From UHGV virus genome UHGV-1370261: 20,330 nt of DNA. One strand, written 5' to 3'. The notes beneath the pieces are model-generated. The model searched no databases. It had not been told where the DNA came from and saw nothing but the letters and a program-made list of their open reading frames with translations. The stretch is from a virus. Below are positions 1 to 7,810 of the stretch, piece by piece; the stretch's first letter is position 1, and each line of letters begins with the position of its first letter. The translations under genes and the position numbers were made by a program.

Positions 1-381
1 AACACAGAAAAGTTAGTAGAAACACTAAACGAGGAATTAGTCAATTGTGCTATTACTGGGAAGAAAACCACTCAACTGAAAAAAAAGTTGATGGAAAGAT
101 TTGATGTAAGTTATAGCCAAGCTGATATGTTAGTTAGAACAGAAATGGCTCATATTCAAACTCAGGCTTCTGTCGATAGATATAAGGACGCGGGCCTTAC
201 ACACTATGAGTTTTTAGCAGATACCGATGAGAAGACTTGTAGCGTGTGTAAGGCCCTTGATGGTAAAGTGTTTAGTTTCGCAGAAGCCCAAGTTGGCGTA
301 AATATGCCCCCAATCCATCCCAGAGACAGATGTACTATTATTCCAGTAGTGGATTACAAAGAAATCCAATATAAAAAATAA
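1..381 (+). CDS. Head morphogenesis / minor capsid protein, C-terminal part (SPP1 gp7 / Mu F family). The ORF is open from base 1, so the upstream part lies outside the window or at the window end if the molecule is circular.
   Basis: The frame is open from position 1. It carries ...LVRTEMAHIQ... (the family's 'RTE' motif) followed by TCSVCKALDGKVFSF...PPIHPRDRCTIIP, the Cys-x2-Cys...HP.CRC metal-binding end typical of Phage_Mu_F / SPP1 gp7 proteins. It sits directly upstream of the scaffold and capsid genes. Confidence 0.8.
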   Translation, partial: NTEKLVETLNEELVNCAITGKKTTQLKKKLMERFDVSYSQADMLVRTEMAHIQTQASVDRYKDAGLTHYEFLADTDEKTCSVCKALDGKVFSFAEAQVGVNMPPIHPRDRCTIIPVVDYKEIQYKK

Positions 382-526
382 AGTGTTCAAATTATTAGAA
401 ACCAAAACAAATAATTCTACTTATGAGTAGAAGAAAATATTATCTTTCGGGGCGGCAGATGTAAAAGAACCGAATCAAATAAATGGGGCTTGGCGTAAGT
501 CAAGAATCATAAAAAGGAGAATTACT

Positions 527-1099
527 ATGGAAGACAACACTAATATTCAGAATCTTGAAACTGGAAGTGCTAGCGAAAACCAGGAGCAAGAGACTAAAAC
601 CTACACCCAAGAAGAAGTTCTAAAACTAATTCAAAGCGAGGCCGATAAGCGTGTCAATCAGGCTCTCGCAAAGCAAAAGAAAGAATATGAGAAGAAACTT
701 TCTCTATCTTCTCTTGATGAACAACAGAGAAAACAAGCAGAGGCTCAAATGAAGATTGAAGAACTACAATCTCAATTGGCCCAGTTCCAGATTGAAAAGA
801 ACAGAAGCGAACTAAAATCTGTTCTTTCTAGTCGTGGTTTATCTGCTGAATTTGCTGACATTATCAATATTACAGATGATATTGAGGCTTCTCAATCTGC
901 TATTGATAAATTAGACAAACTATTCAAATCCGCTGTAAAGGCAGAAGTAGAAAAGAGATTAGCGGGCAATGCTCCCAAAGGAAATGGAAATGGCAAACCC
1001 GCAGAAATCACAGAAGAAACTGTGAAGAAGATGTCTATGGCGGAACTTACTAAACTTGCCGAAACGCAACCAGAAGTGTTTGCGAAATTTTATGGCTAA
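527..1099 (+). CDS. capsid scaffolding protein
   Basis: 190 aa, acidic, highly alpha-helical/coiled-coil sequence (EEVLKLIQSEADKRV..., Q/E/K-rich) with a Gly-rich C-terminal tail. It lies between the head-morphogenesis and major capsid genes. AAGGAG RBS is 8 nt upstream. Confidence 0.7.
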   Translation: MEDNTNIQNLETGSASENQEQETKTYTQEEVLKLIQSEADKRVNQALAKQKKEYEKKLSLSSLDEQQRKQAEAQMKIEELQSQLAQFQIEKNRSELKSVLSSRGLSAEFADIINITDDIEASQSAIDKLDKLFKSAVKAEVEKRLAGNAPKGNGNGKPAEITEETVKKMSMAELTKLAETQPEVFAKFYG

Positions 1100-1117
1100 T
1101 AATTGGAGGAATTTATA

Positions 1118-1930
1118 ATGGCTAATAATACTGTTTATCCCAACAAGGTCATCGAGGCCAAGGCCAAGGATATTCTAACTACTCAAATCAATGCCCGCTC
1201 TATGATGACTATTGATACTAGTCTAACGCAAGAAGCTGGCATGGTAAAGACTATCAATACTTATACCTATACTGGTGCCGCCGAGGAAGTTGCTGCTGGT
1301 TCTGGTAATAGCACTCGTGGTTCTATTTCCTATGTAGGTAAGGACTATACTGTAAAGATGGTTCAGCAAGCCTTTGACTATTTAGATGAGGACTTTATGA
1401 AGGACCCCGTAATCGTTGATTTTGGTATCAAGGGTGCTACGTCTGTAATGGCTAACGACATGACTTCTAAGTTCTATGCTGCTCTTGCTACCAAGGGCTC
1501 TGGCTCTACCGAGTTAGTAAAGGGTATTACCTTTGCCAAGGGTAAGGCTCTATCTTATGATGTTATTGTTGATGCTATTTCCGAGCTAAATCTTGAAGAT
1601 GAAAGCAAGATTTTTGTTGTTATTCCTAATGCTTGGAAAGCCGCTCTACGTAAGGACGCCGATTACAAGTCTGCTCAAATGGGCGAAGTAATCTATAACG
1701 GCCAGGTTGGCACTATCTGCGGTATTCCTGTTGTTGCTACCAAGGCCCTAACTGATAAGGCTTATGTTATGACTAATGAGGCAGTCACCCTATTCCTAAA
1801 GAAGGATGTTGAAGTAGAGCAGGATAGAGACGCCGACAAGCGTAAGAATTCTGTATATCTTCGTGATTGCTATGTTTGTGCTCTAACAGACGCGACGAAA
1901 GCGTGCAAGATTACCGAAGCCGCTTCCTAA
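1118..1930 (+). CDS. major capsid protein
   Basis: About 270 aa ORF immediately after the scaffold gene. ATG at 1118 has GGAGGA 7 nt upstream; the track start at 1103 is a TTG within the RBS. Composition is typical of sipho-phage major head proteins and a strong GC hairpin follows the stop codon. Confidence 0.7.
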   Translation: MANNTVYPNKVIEAKAKDILTTQINARSMMTIDTSLTQEAGMVKTINTYTYTGAAEEVAAGSGNSTRGSISYVGKDYTVKMVQQAFDYLDEDFMKDPVIVDFGIKGATSVMANDMTSKFYAALATKGSGSTELVKGITFAKGKALSYDVIVDAISELNLEDESKIFVVIPNAWKAALRKDADYKSAQMGEVIYNGQVGTICGIPVVATKALTDKAYVMTNEAVTLFLKKDVEVEQDRDADKRKNSVYLRDCYVCALTDATKACKITEAAS

Positions 1931-1949
1931 CAATAATACTTATGGGGAA

Positions 1950-1977
1950 GTAGGGGAGAGGGTTCTCCTTTCCCTTT
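1950..1977 (+). promoter_or_regulatory. GC-rich stem-loop downstream of the major capsid gene (GGGGAGAGGG/loop/CCTTTCCCC), with no U-tract
   Basis: About 11-bp stem (including G-U pairs in RNA) with a 3-nt loop, followed by an A-rich rather than a T-rich run. It is a near-copy of the hairpin at 3789..3825. Confidence 0.5.
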
Positions 1978-2015
1978 CCCCTTCCTCTACTAAAATAAAA
2001 AAGGAGGTAAAATAA

Positions 2016-2312
2016 ATGGTAGAAGAAATCAAAATTCTATTAGGTTCTGCGGCGGATAATTACTCTGATGCCCAGATTGGGGTTTGCCTAAAAATGGCAT
2101 TAGCAGAAGTCCAAGCTTACTGTAATAGAGAACTTGATTATGAATTAGAGATGTGTGCTGAACGCTTGGCAGTTATAAAGCTAAATCGCCTAAATACCGA
2201 GGGCCTGGCATCTCAATCTTACTCTGGTGTAAGTGAGAGTTATGAGGATGATATTCCTGCTGATATTCTTCGTATTCTAAATAGGAAACGCCGTATAAAG
2301 GTGGTGGGATAA
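2016..2312 (+). CDS. head-tail connector protein (gp6-like / DNA-packaging QLRG family)
   Basis: 98 aa in the first position after the capsid gene. The sequence ...AQIGVCLKMALAEVQAYCNRELDYE...ERLAVIKL... resembles Phage_connect_1 / gp6-like connector proteins. Confidence 0.6.
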   Translation: MVEEIKILLGSAADNYSDAQIGVCLKMALAEVQAYCNRELDYELEMCAERLAVIKLNRLNTEGLASQSYSGVSESYEDDIPADILRILNRKRRIKVVG

Positions 2313-2600
2313 GTGATAAATAGTCAAATCAAACCTTATGACTACTATGTTCTTACTACTAATGATTATGGCCAGGATGTCATTTCCACAAAGCCCGCGG
2401 GCCAAGTAAGAATGGCAATAAACATCACTAATCAAACTAATCAAGACAATATTCTCTATTCCAAGGCTGAATATATTGGCCTAACTCACGACAAAGTCTC
2501 CGATACTTATGTAATTCAATACAACAATACTAAACTCAAAGTTCTCTACATCAACGAGATGGGGCGTTATACCCAAGTATTTATGACAAGGATGGCATAA
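2313..2600 (+). CDS. head closure / head-tail adaptor protein (GTG start)
   Basis: 95 aa with a GTG start preceded by GGTGGTGGGA. Position and size match the SPP1 gp16-like 'stopper' and head-tail adaptor class. Confidence 0.45.
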   Translation: MINSQIKPYDYYVLTTNDYGQDVISTKPAGQVRMAINITNQTNQDNILYSKAEYIGLTHDKVSDTYVIQYNNTKLKVLYINEMGRYTQVFMTRMA

Positions 2601-2601
2601 G

Positions 2602-3024
2602 ATGAAATTTGAATTTACTAATTTAGATGTTGTGTTGAATGAATTAGACAAAAAGATAAGTGATGAAGCTTTGAAGAAAAGTGTGGGCCAGGCTTGTGCT
2701 ATTGTTGAAAGAGAGGCAAAGACAAAAGCCCCAAAAGATACAGGAGCACTACGTCGCAGTATCCAATCTACAGTAAAGAAAGAAGACGGGCAGATAGTAG
2801 GAACTGTCTTTTCTGATGCTGAATATGCCCCATACGTTGAGTATGGAACCGGCCTATTCGCAGAAGATGGAGACGGCAGAAAGAAGCCTTGGTCTTATCA
2901 AGATGATAAGGGTGAGTGGCATACTACAAGTGGTATGAAACCTCACCCTTTCCTACGCCCGGCCTTCGCAGAAAATAGAGAGAAAATCAAACAAAAAATA
3001 ATGGAGGGCATTATTGATGATTGA
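2602..3024 (+). CDS. neck/tail completion protein, HK97 gp10-like family
   Basis: 140 aa with ...KTKAPKDTGALRRSI..., matching the G.L(R/K)(R/K)SI signature of the HK97 gp10 family. Conserved position in the neck module. Confidence 0.6.
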   Translation: MKFEFTNLDVVLNELDKKISDEALKKSVGQACAIVEREAKTKAPKDTGALRRSIQSTVKKEDGQIVGTVFSDAEYAPYVEYGTGLFAEDGDGRKKPWSYQDDKGEWHTTSGMKPHPFLRPAFAENREKIKQKIMEGIIDD

Positions 3025-3364
3025 TTATCACCCTACTTTACTAAATGCCCTAAAAGAAATAGGGTTGCCCGTTCATTATGAGATGACTTTACACAGTGGA
3101 CTAAAAACGCCTTGTATTAGTTATATGGAACTTACGAATTATGTTTCAACTCAAACTGATATAACTGATATAAGCATAATCCAATATCAAGTAAAGGTAT
3201 GGGCAAACGATATATCTCTAATCCAGAAGTACGCGGGCCTTGTAGATGAAAAACTACGCTCGCTGAATTGGAAAAGAGTTTCATCTAATGAGTTATATGA
3301 TAATAACTCATCTATGATACAAAAGGTTATGACATTTGAGGCAACAAGCCTCGAAACTTTATAA
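3014..3364 (+). CDS. tail terminator / tail-to-head joining protein
   Basis: 116 aa ORF overlapping the previous gene and directly upstream of the major tail protein gene, the usual position of the tail terminator. Assigned by synteny only. Confidence 0.4.
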   Translation: MMIDYHPTLLNALKEIGLPVHYEMTLHSGLKTPCISYMELTNYVSTQTDITDISIIQYQVKVWANDISLIQKYAGLVDEKLRSLNWKRVSSNELYDNNSSMIQKVMTFEATSLETL

Positions 3365-3382
3365 GTAATGGAGGAATAATAT

Positions 3383-3772
3383 ATGGCTATTCTATCAAAA
3401 GGTATCAAGCTTGCTTATAGCTCTAGCGGAACTACTTCCTATACCGACCTAACTGACCTATTAGAAATCCCTTCTCTAGGCGGTTCTATCGATAAGGTAG
3501 ATGTAACCACGCTAGCTGATGCCAGCAAAAAGTATATCAACGGCATCAAGGACTACGGCGACCTCGCCTTTAAGTTCAACTATGCCAAGGAGCAATTCAC
3601 TACTCTAAATGGCCTAACCGGCTCTATCAATTTCAAAGTAACACTACCCGACACTACTACTGCTACTTTCTCTGGTGAACCTTCTGTTTCTCTGGAAGGT
3701 GTCGGCGTTGGTGCTGCTATGACCTACACGCTCAATATCTCTCTTAATAGTGATATTGAATTTGGTGCGTAA
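3383..3772 (+). CDS. major tail protein
   Basis: 129 aa Ser/Thr/Gly-rich beta-type sequence immediately upstream of the frameshifted chaperone pair and tape measure gene. Followed by a perfect 13-bp hairpin. Strong GGAGGA RBS. Confidence 0.65.
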   Translation: MAILSKGIKLAYSSSGTTSYTDLTDLLEIPSLGGSIDKVDVTTLADASKKYINGIKDYGDLAFKFNYAKEQFTTLNGLTGSINFKVTLPDTTTATFSGEPSVSLEGVGVGAAMTYTLNISLNSDIEFGA

Positions 3773-3788
3773 ATAAACCCATATGGGG

Positions 3789-3825
3789 GTAGGGGAAAGG
3801 GCTTCTCCTTTTCCCTTTCCCCTAC
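3789..3825 (+). promoter_or_regulatory. Perfect 13-bp stem-loop (GTAGGGGAAAGGG / 11-nt loop / CCCTTTCCCCTAC) after the major tail gene, with no downstream U-tract
   Basis: Pairing 3789-3801 with 3813-3825 was verified base by base. Its sequence is related to the hairpins at 1950 and 12868. Confidence 0.6.
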
Positions 3826-3849
3826 TAAAAAATAAAGGAGAGAAAAATT

Positions 3850-4212
3850 ATGAATTATATGAATTTTGAAGCGGGTGGCAACACCTACAAACTCGTTCTT
3901 ACTACTCGTGCTATGGTTGAGTTAGAAAAGAAAATTGGTTGTAATCCTCTTGATATTCTGGTAAAGGTCCAGAGTGAAGAAAGCCTGCCCAAGGTCTATG
4001 ACATGGTAGCTATTATCTGGGCCAGCCTATTGAAGTTCAATCATGGCATCAAGTTTGATGATTGTTATGATATCTTTGATGACTACCTAAATGAAGGCCA
4101 CGCCATTACTGATTTTCTTGAAGTAATGCTTGAAATTTTCAAAGTAAGTGGTCTTATCAAAGAAGATGAAGAGGGCCAAGACCCAAACGCACAGAAGGAG
4201 GAGGAGAACTAA
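3850..4212 (+). CDS. tail assembly chaperone (gpG-like)
   Basis: 120 aa acidic protein between the major tail and tape measure genes. An overlapping -1 frame ORF continues to 4607. Confidence 0.7.
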   Translation: MNYMNFEAGGNTYKLVLTTRAMVELEKKIGCNPLDILVKVQSEESLPKVYDMVAIIWASLLKFNHGIKFDDCYDIFDDYLNEGHAITDFLEVMLEIFKVSGLIKEDEEGQDPNAQKEEEN

Positions 4213-4607
4213 CTCCTCCTCAAACTCTAACTGAATTAGCTGAACAAACTTTGGAAACGGCTCTTGATATAGGAATAGATGAGGATACTTATTGGAATAT
4301 GAGTATTGGTGAGGTAGCCCGCAGAGCAAAAAGCTATGAAAGAACCTATCGACGCAAACTAAAAGATAAAGCCTCGTTTGACTGGATTTTAGGTAATCTA
4401 ATTGGTATAAGTGTTGGTAGATGCTTGTCTTCTGATGCTACTTACCCAGAAATATATGAAGCATATCCTACTATTTTTAGTAGTGAAGAAGTAGAAGAAC
4501 TAAAACAAAAAGAGCAAGATGAACGAAGTGTGGCTAATTTCCTCGCTTTTGCCACAGCACATAACCTTAGGAATAAAATGAAAGAAGGAGGTAATGTGAG
4601 TGGATGA
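3850..4607 (+). CDS. tail assembly chaperone frameshift fusion (gpGT-like), produced by a -1 programmed frameshift at 4182-4188
   Basis: The -1 frame is open from 4170 and overlaps the 3' end of the gpG ORF. Heptamer C CCA AAC (4182-4188) fits X XXY YYZ in the gpG frame. The downstream ORF (track 4251..4607) has only a TTG start and ends where the tape measure gene begins. Confidence 0.6.
4182..4188 (+). other. candidate -1 ribosomal slippery heptamer CCCAAAC
   Basis: X XXY YYZ pattern in the zero frame, 8 codons before the gpG stop. This is the canonical G/GT arrangement of siphoviruses. Confidence 0.5.
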
Positions 4608-7416
4608 ACAACTAAAAGTAAGAATAGTAGTTGATAAGAGCGACTTCAATAAAGGTATAACCGACGTAAAGAAAGAACTCAAATCAACTGCTAGCTCAAC
4701 AAAACAGGGCGTAAGTGGCGTCTCACAAGAAGTGATGAACGCCGCCGGCATCATAAAACAATCTATTTCTTCTGCCCTTGGTGTGGCTCTTCCTACAATA
4801 GGAATTATCAGAAAAGAAATAAAGGGGCTTTCAAAGGACATAAAAGAAGTTTTCAAATCTGGAACTTATAAGGGATTTGAGAGAAACTACGAACAAACTT
4901 TCTCTAAGATGTATGAGAAGTATAAGGGTCAAGGTTTTGATGACAAAACTGCTTGGGGTAAGGCGGCTGGGTCGCCCGAAGTAAATGAAGCTATGAAGCA
5001 GTGGGATGCCTACAATACCAAGATGGATGCGGTCAAAGGGAGAATGTCAGAAGCACAAATCGCATTTATTGACTTCAAAGACGATATGAGAGATAAGGTC
5101 ACTCGCCCCATTCAAGTGGCGAAAAAGGCTTTATCAGTTCTTGGAAATGGGCTAAAAGAAACTGCTCAATTCCAGGCTTTGGCTATTGCATTTCAAAGAA
5201 TAAAGAATAGTAGATTCGGTGAATGGGTTAGACATCTTGGAACTGCTATAAAAGAAAGTATTGGAGTAATAGCGGGATGGGTCGCAGCTCTCATAGCCTT
5301 CGCGGCGGTTATCACCAAAGTAGTAAATTCTGTTACTAAATTAGGTGATAGCATAGATAAAGGCTCTCAAAAAATGAATATGTCCGCAGAGCAGTATCAA
5401 AAATGGGCCTATGCTATGGAATTGAGTGGTTCTTCTATTGAAGAATTGAGAGAAGGCTATAACCAAATGAGTGGCCAAATTTCCCAAGCTGTCAATGGAA
5501 CCGAAGAAAGTCAAAAGGCTTTCCAAAGATTAGGCGTAAATCTCAAAGATGCTCAAGGTAATCTTCGCTCTACCGGCGATATATTCGAAGATGTAGTAGT
5601 TAGCCTACAAAGCATGGATAACGTCACAGAGAGAACTGCCCTCGCATATAAGTTATTTGGTGAGAGTACTTCAAAACTCAATCCCCTACTAAATAATAAT
5701 GCTAACTTTTTGAAAGATGTAGTCAGAACCCAAGATGCCCTTGGTTCTCAAATGAGTGGGAGTTTAGTTGCTGCGAGTGCTAAATACCAAGATGCTATTA
5801 CTACTATGAAGCAGGCATGGCAGGGCTTCAAAAATGTATTAGGTGAGACTTTCTTACCAGTAATCCAAAAGGTAGTAGTATGGGTTACTGTGGCAGTAGC
5901 CAAGATTAGTGCTTTATTGAGAGTTCTATTCGGTATCAAGAAAGACAAGTCTTCTGAAACCATGAACAAAGCTACGACTTCTGTTTCTTCCTATACTGGT
6001 GCAGTCAATAAGGCCACTGACGCAGTAAAGGAACTCAAAAAACAGACTATGGGCTTTGATGAGATGAATATCCTCCAAGGCCAAGATAGCGGAAGTGGTA
6101 GTGGTTCTGGTGCTGATGATGCTGGCTATGGCATAGATGTAGGAGGGGGCGGTTCAGTAGGAACTCTACTTCCCGAAGATGCTTTGGCTGATATTGAGAA
6201 TTTTGAAAAGAAAATGGACCAGATTGGCGGTAAAATCGCTGGATGGGTCACTGCTCTTGGTATCTTAGGTGGAGCAATTCTATTCATTATTGGCGGTATC
6301 TCTCTAAATATTCCTATGATTTTAGCTGGTGCTACCCTTTGTGGTATTGGTATAGCAGTAGGTAATGGCTCTGGTGTTTTAGATGGTATTAGTCCAATTA
6401 TCAAAGCTATTGTAATGGCCCTTGGTACCTTTACTGCTGTTTTACTGGTAGTAAAAGAAGCAATAATTGCGGTAAAAGGGGCTCAGGCGGCACTGAACAT
6501 TGTTATGAACGCCAATCCTATTGGACTTGTTATAGCAGCAGTTGCGGCATTAGTAGCAGCGTTCATTTATCTATGGAATAACTGTGAAGAATTTAGACAA
6601 TTCTTTATCAATCTATGGGAGCAACTCAAAGAAGTAGTAAAAGCAGTTGCTGATTGGTTTGTTCAAGCCTGGACCGATATAAAGGACTTTTTTGTAAATC
6701 TATGGAATAGTATCAAAGACGGAGCCGTCAATACTTGGAATAATATCAAGAATGTCTTCTCTGTTGTTGGAAACTGGTTCTATAATAGCGTTATTTCCCC
6801 AGTAACCAATTTCTTCTCTGGAATGTGGGGTAAAGTGAAGAACGGGGCCAAAAACGCTTGGGAAGGCATCAAGAATGTATTCTCTACTGTTGCTCAATTC
6901 TTTGGGGATATCTTCTCAAAGGCTTGGAAGAAAGTAAAGGATGTTTTCTCTACTGGTGGCAAAATCTTCGATGGTATCAAAGACGGCATCGTAAATGCTT
7001 TCAAAGCTATTGTAAATGCCATTATTAGTGGTATCAATAGAGTAATAGCTATTCCTTTCGATGGTATCAACTGGGCCCTCAATAAAATAAGGAATGTTAG
7101 TATCTTTGGATTGAAGCCCTTTGATTGGATATATACTATTAGCGTTCCTCAAATCCCCAGACTGGCGAAAGGTGGTATTACCAACGGAGCCACGCTGGCT
7201 GAGATTGGTGAAGCTGGCCGAGAGATGGTTCTTCCTTTGGAGTCCAATACTCAATGGATGGATTTACTGGCTGATAAAATCAACCAGAGACAAGGCCGAA
7301 GCACGCCTACAAAGCTAATTCTCCAAGTAAATGGCCGGACCTTGGGCGAAACCACTATCGAGAACATAAATGAAATCACCAAACAAACTGGCACTTTGCC
7401 ATTAGTCTTTGCGTAA
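4600..7416 (+). CDS. tail tape measure protein (GTG start)
   Basis: 938 aa. N-terminal helical region, central hydrophobic/TM-like segments (ILGGAILFIIGGISL..., LVIAAVAALVAAFIYLW), a GSGSGSG linker, and a C-terminal 11/22-residue periodic W/F repeat (WNNIKNVFS..., WEGIKNVFS..., WKKVKDVFS...). GAAGGAGG RBS is 9 nt before GTG 4600. The position is after the G/GT chaperones. Confidence 0.85.
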   Translation: MDEQLKVRIVVDKSDFNKGITDVKKELKSTASSTKQGVSGVSQEVMNAAGIIKQSISSALGVALPTIGIIRKEIKGLSKDIKEVFKSGTYKGFERNYEQTFSKMYEKYKGQGFDDKTAWGKAAGSPEVNEAMKQWDAYNTKMDAVKGRMSEAQIAFIDFKDDMRDKVTRPIQVAKKALSVLGNGLKETAQFQALAIAFQRIKNSRFGEWVRHLGTAIKESIGVIAGWVAALIAFAAVITKVVNSVTKLGDSIDKGSQKMNMSAEQYQKWAYAMELSGSSIEELREGYNQMSGQISQAVNGTEESQKAFQRLGVNLKDAQGNLRSTGDIFEDVVVSLQSMDNVTERTALAYKLFGESTSKLNPLLNNNANFLKDVVRTQDALGSQMSGSLVAASAKYQDAITTMKQAWQGFKNVLGETFLPVIQKVVVWVTVAVAKISALLRVLFGIKKDKSSETMNKATTSVSSYTGAVNKATDAVKELKKQTMGFDEMNILQGQDSGSGSGSGADDAGYGIDVGGGGSVGTLLPEDALADIENFEKKMDQIGGKIAGWVTALGILGGAILFIIGGISLNIPMILAGATLCGIGIAVGNGSGVLDGISPIIKAIVMALGTFTAVLLVVKEAIIAVKGAQAALNIVMNANPIGLVIAAVAALVAAFIYLWNNCEEFRQFFINLWEQLKEVVKAVADWFVQAWTDIKDFFVNLWNSIKDGAVNTWNNIKNVFSVVGNWFYNSVISPVTNFFSGMWGKVKNGAKNAWEGIKNVFSTVAQFFGDIFSKAWKKVKDVFSTGGKIFDGIKDGIVNAFKAIVNAIISGINRVIAIPFDGINWALNKIRNVSIFGLKPFDWIYTISVPQIPRLAKGGITNGATLAEIGEAGREMVLPLESNTQWMDLLADKINQRQGRSTPTKLILQVNGRTLGETTIENINEITKQTGTLPLVFA

Positions 7417-7429
7417 AGGAGGACTTTGA

Positions 7430-7792
7430 ATGACTTATTTCAAAATAGGCAATACAGATTTTAGTAATCTGGTTAGCGGTTTGAAGTGCGGGTTTGAAGT
7501 CCTCCTTAGCGAGGACAGCGGGCGTAACGCCGCGGGAGATAATGTGGTTGATGTAGTAAATCGTAAAGATAAAATCTATGTTACCACAAGACCTATGAAT
7601 GAGGATGAGATGGCAAGTTTTCTTACTGCGGTCCAGCCTTTTGTAGTTTATATCTCTTATAGAAACCCACGCACAAAAACCATAAAATCTAATGTAAGGT
7701 GTTATATAGGAACCCCAGAACCAGAGTTCTACACCATTCAAAATGGAAAGGTTCTATATAAGCCATTACAACTAAACTTTATCGAAATGTAA
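7430..7792 (+). CDS. short distal-tail-protein-like protein (Dit N-terminal ring-domain-like)
   Basis: 120 aa immediately after the tape measure gene. The N-terminus FKIGNTDFSNL...GRNAAGDNVVDVV resembles the Sipho_tail/Dit N-terminal region (F.FDG..SSDFG...GRN....DNVVEI). It is much shorter than canonical Dit proteins. Confidence 0.4.
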   Translation: MTYFKIGNTDFSNLVSGLKCGFEVLLSEDSGRNAAGDNVVDVVNRKDKIYVTTRPMNEDEMASFLTAVQPFVVYISYRNPRTKTIKSNVRCYIGTPEPEFYTIQNGKVLYKPLQLNFIEM

Positions 7793-7810
7793 AAAAGGAG
7801 GGACAAGAAT

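Noticed and set aside
214-405. Minus-strand ORFs in the track (214..405, 3187..3408, 4087..4329, 4500..4856, 5341..5526, 5748..5969, 6126..6404, 6700..7254 group, 7376..7741, 7825..8194, 8993..9268, 10662..10856, 11241..11525, 11633..11917, 12457..12756, 13693..13986, 16814..17080, 18563..18745)
   Set aside because: All lie entirely inside well-supported plus-strand genes. They lack SD sequences and have low-complexity or hydrophobic translations typical of antisense frames. The genome reads as uniformly plus-strand.
1103-1117. Track start of the capsid ORF at 1103 (MEEFIMANN...) and of the holin at 11901
   Set aside because: The 1103 start is a TTG inside the Shine-Dalgarno sequence. The 11901 start translates the xhlA-holin hairpin. 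ATG 1118 and ATG 11964, each with a properly spaced RBS, are the credible starts.
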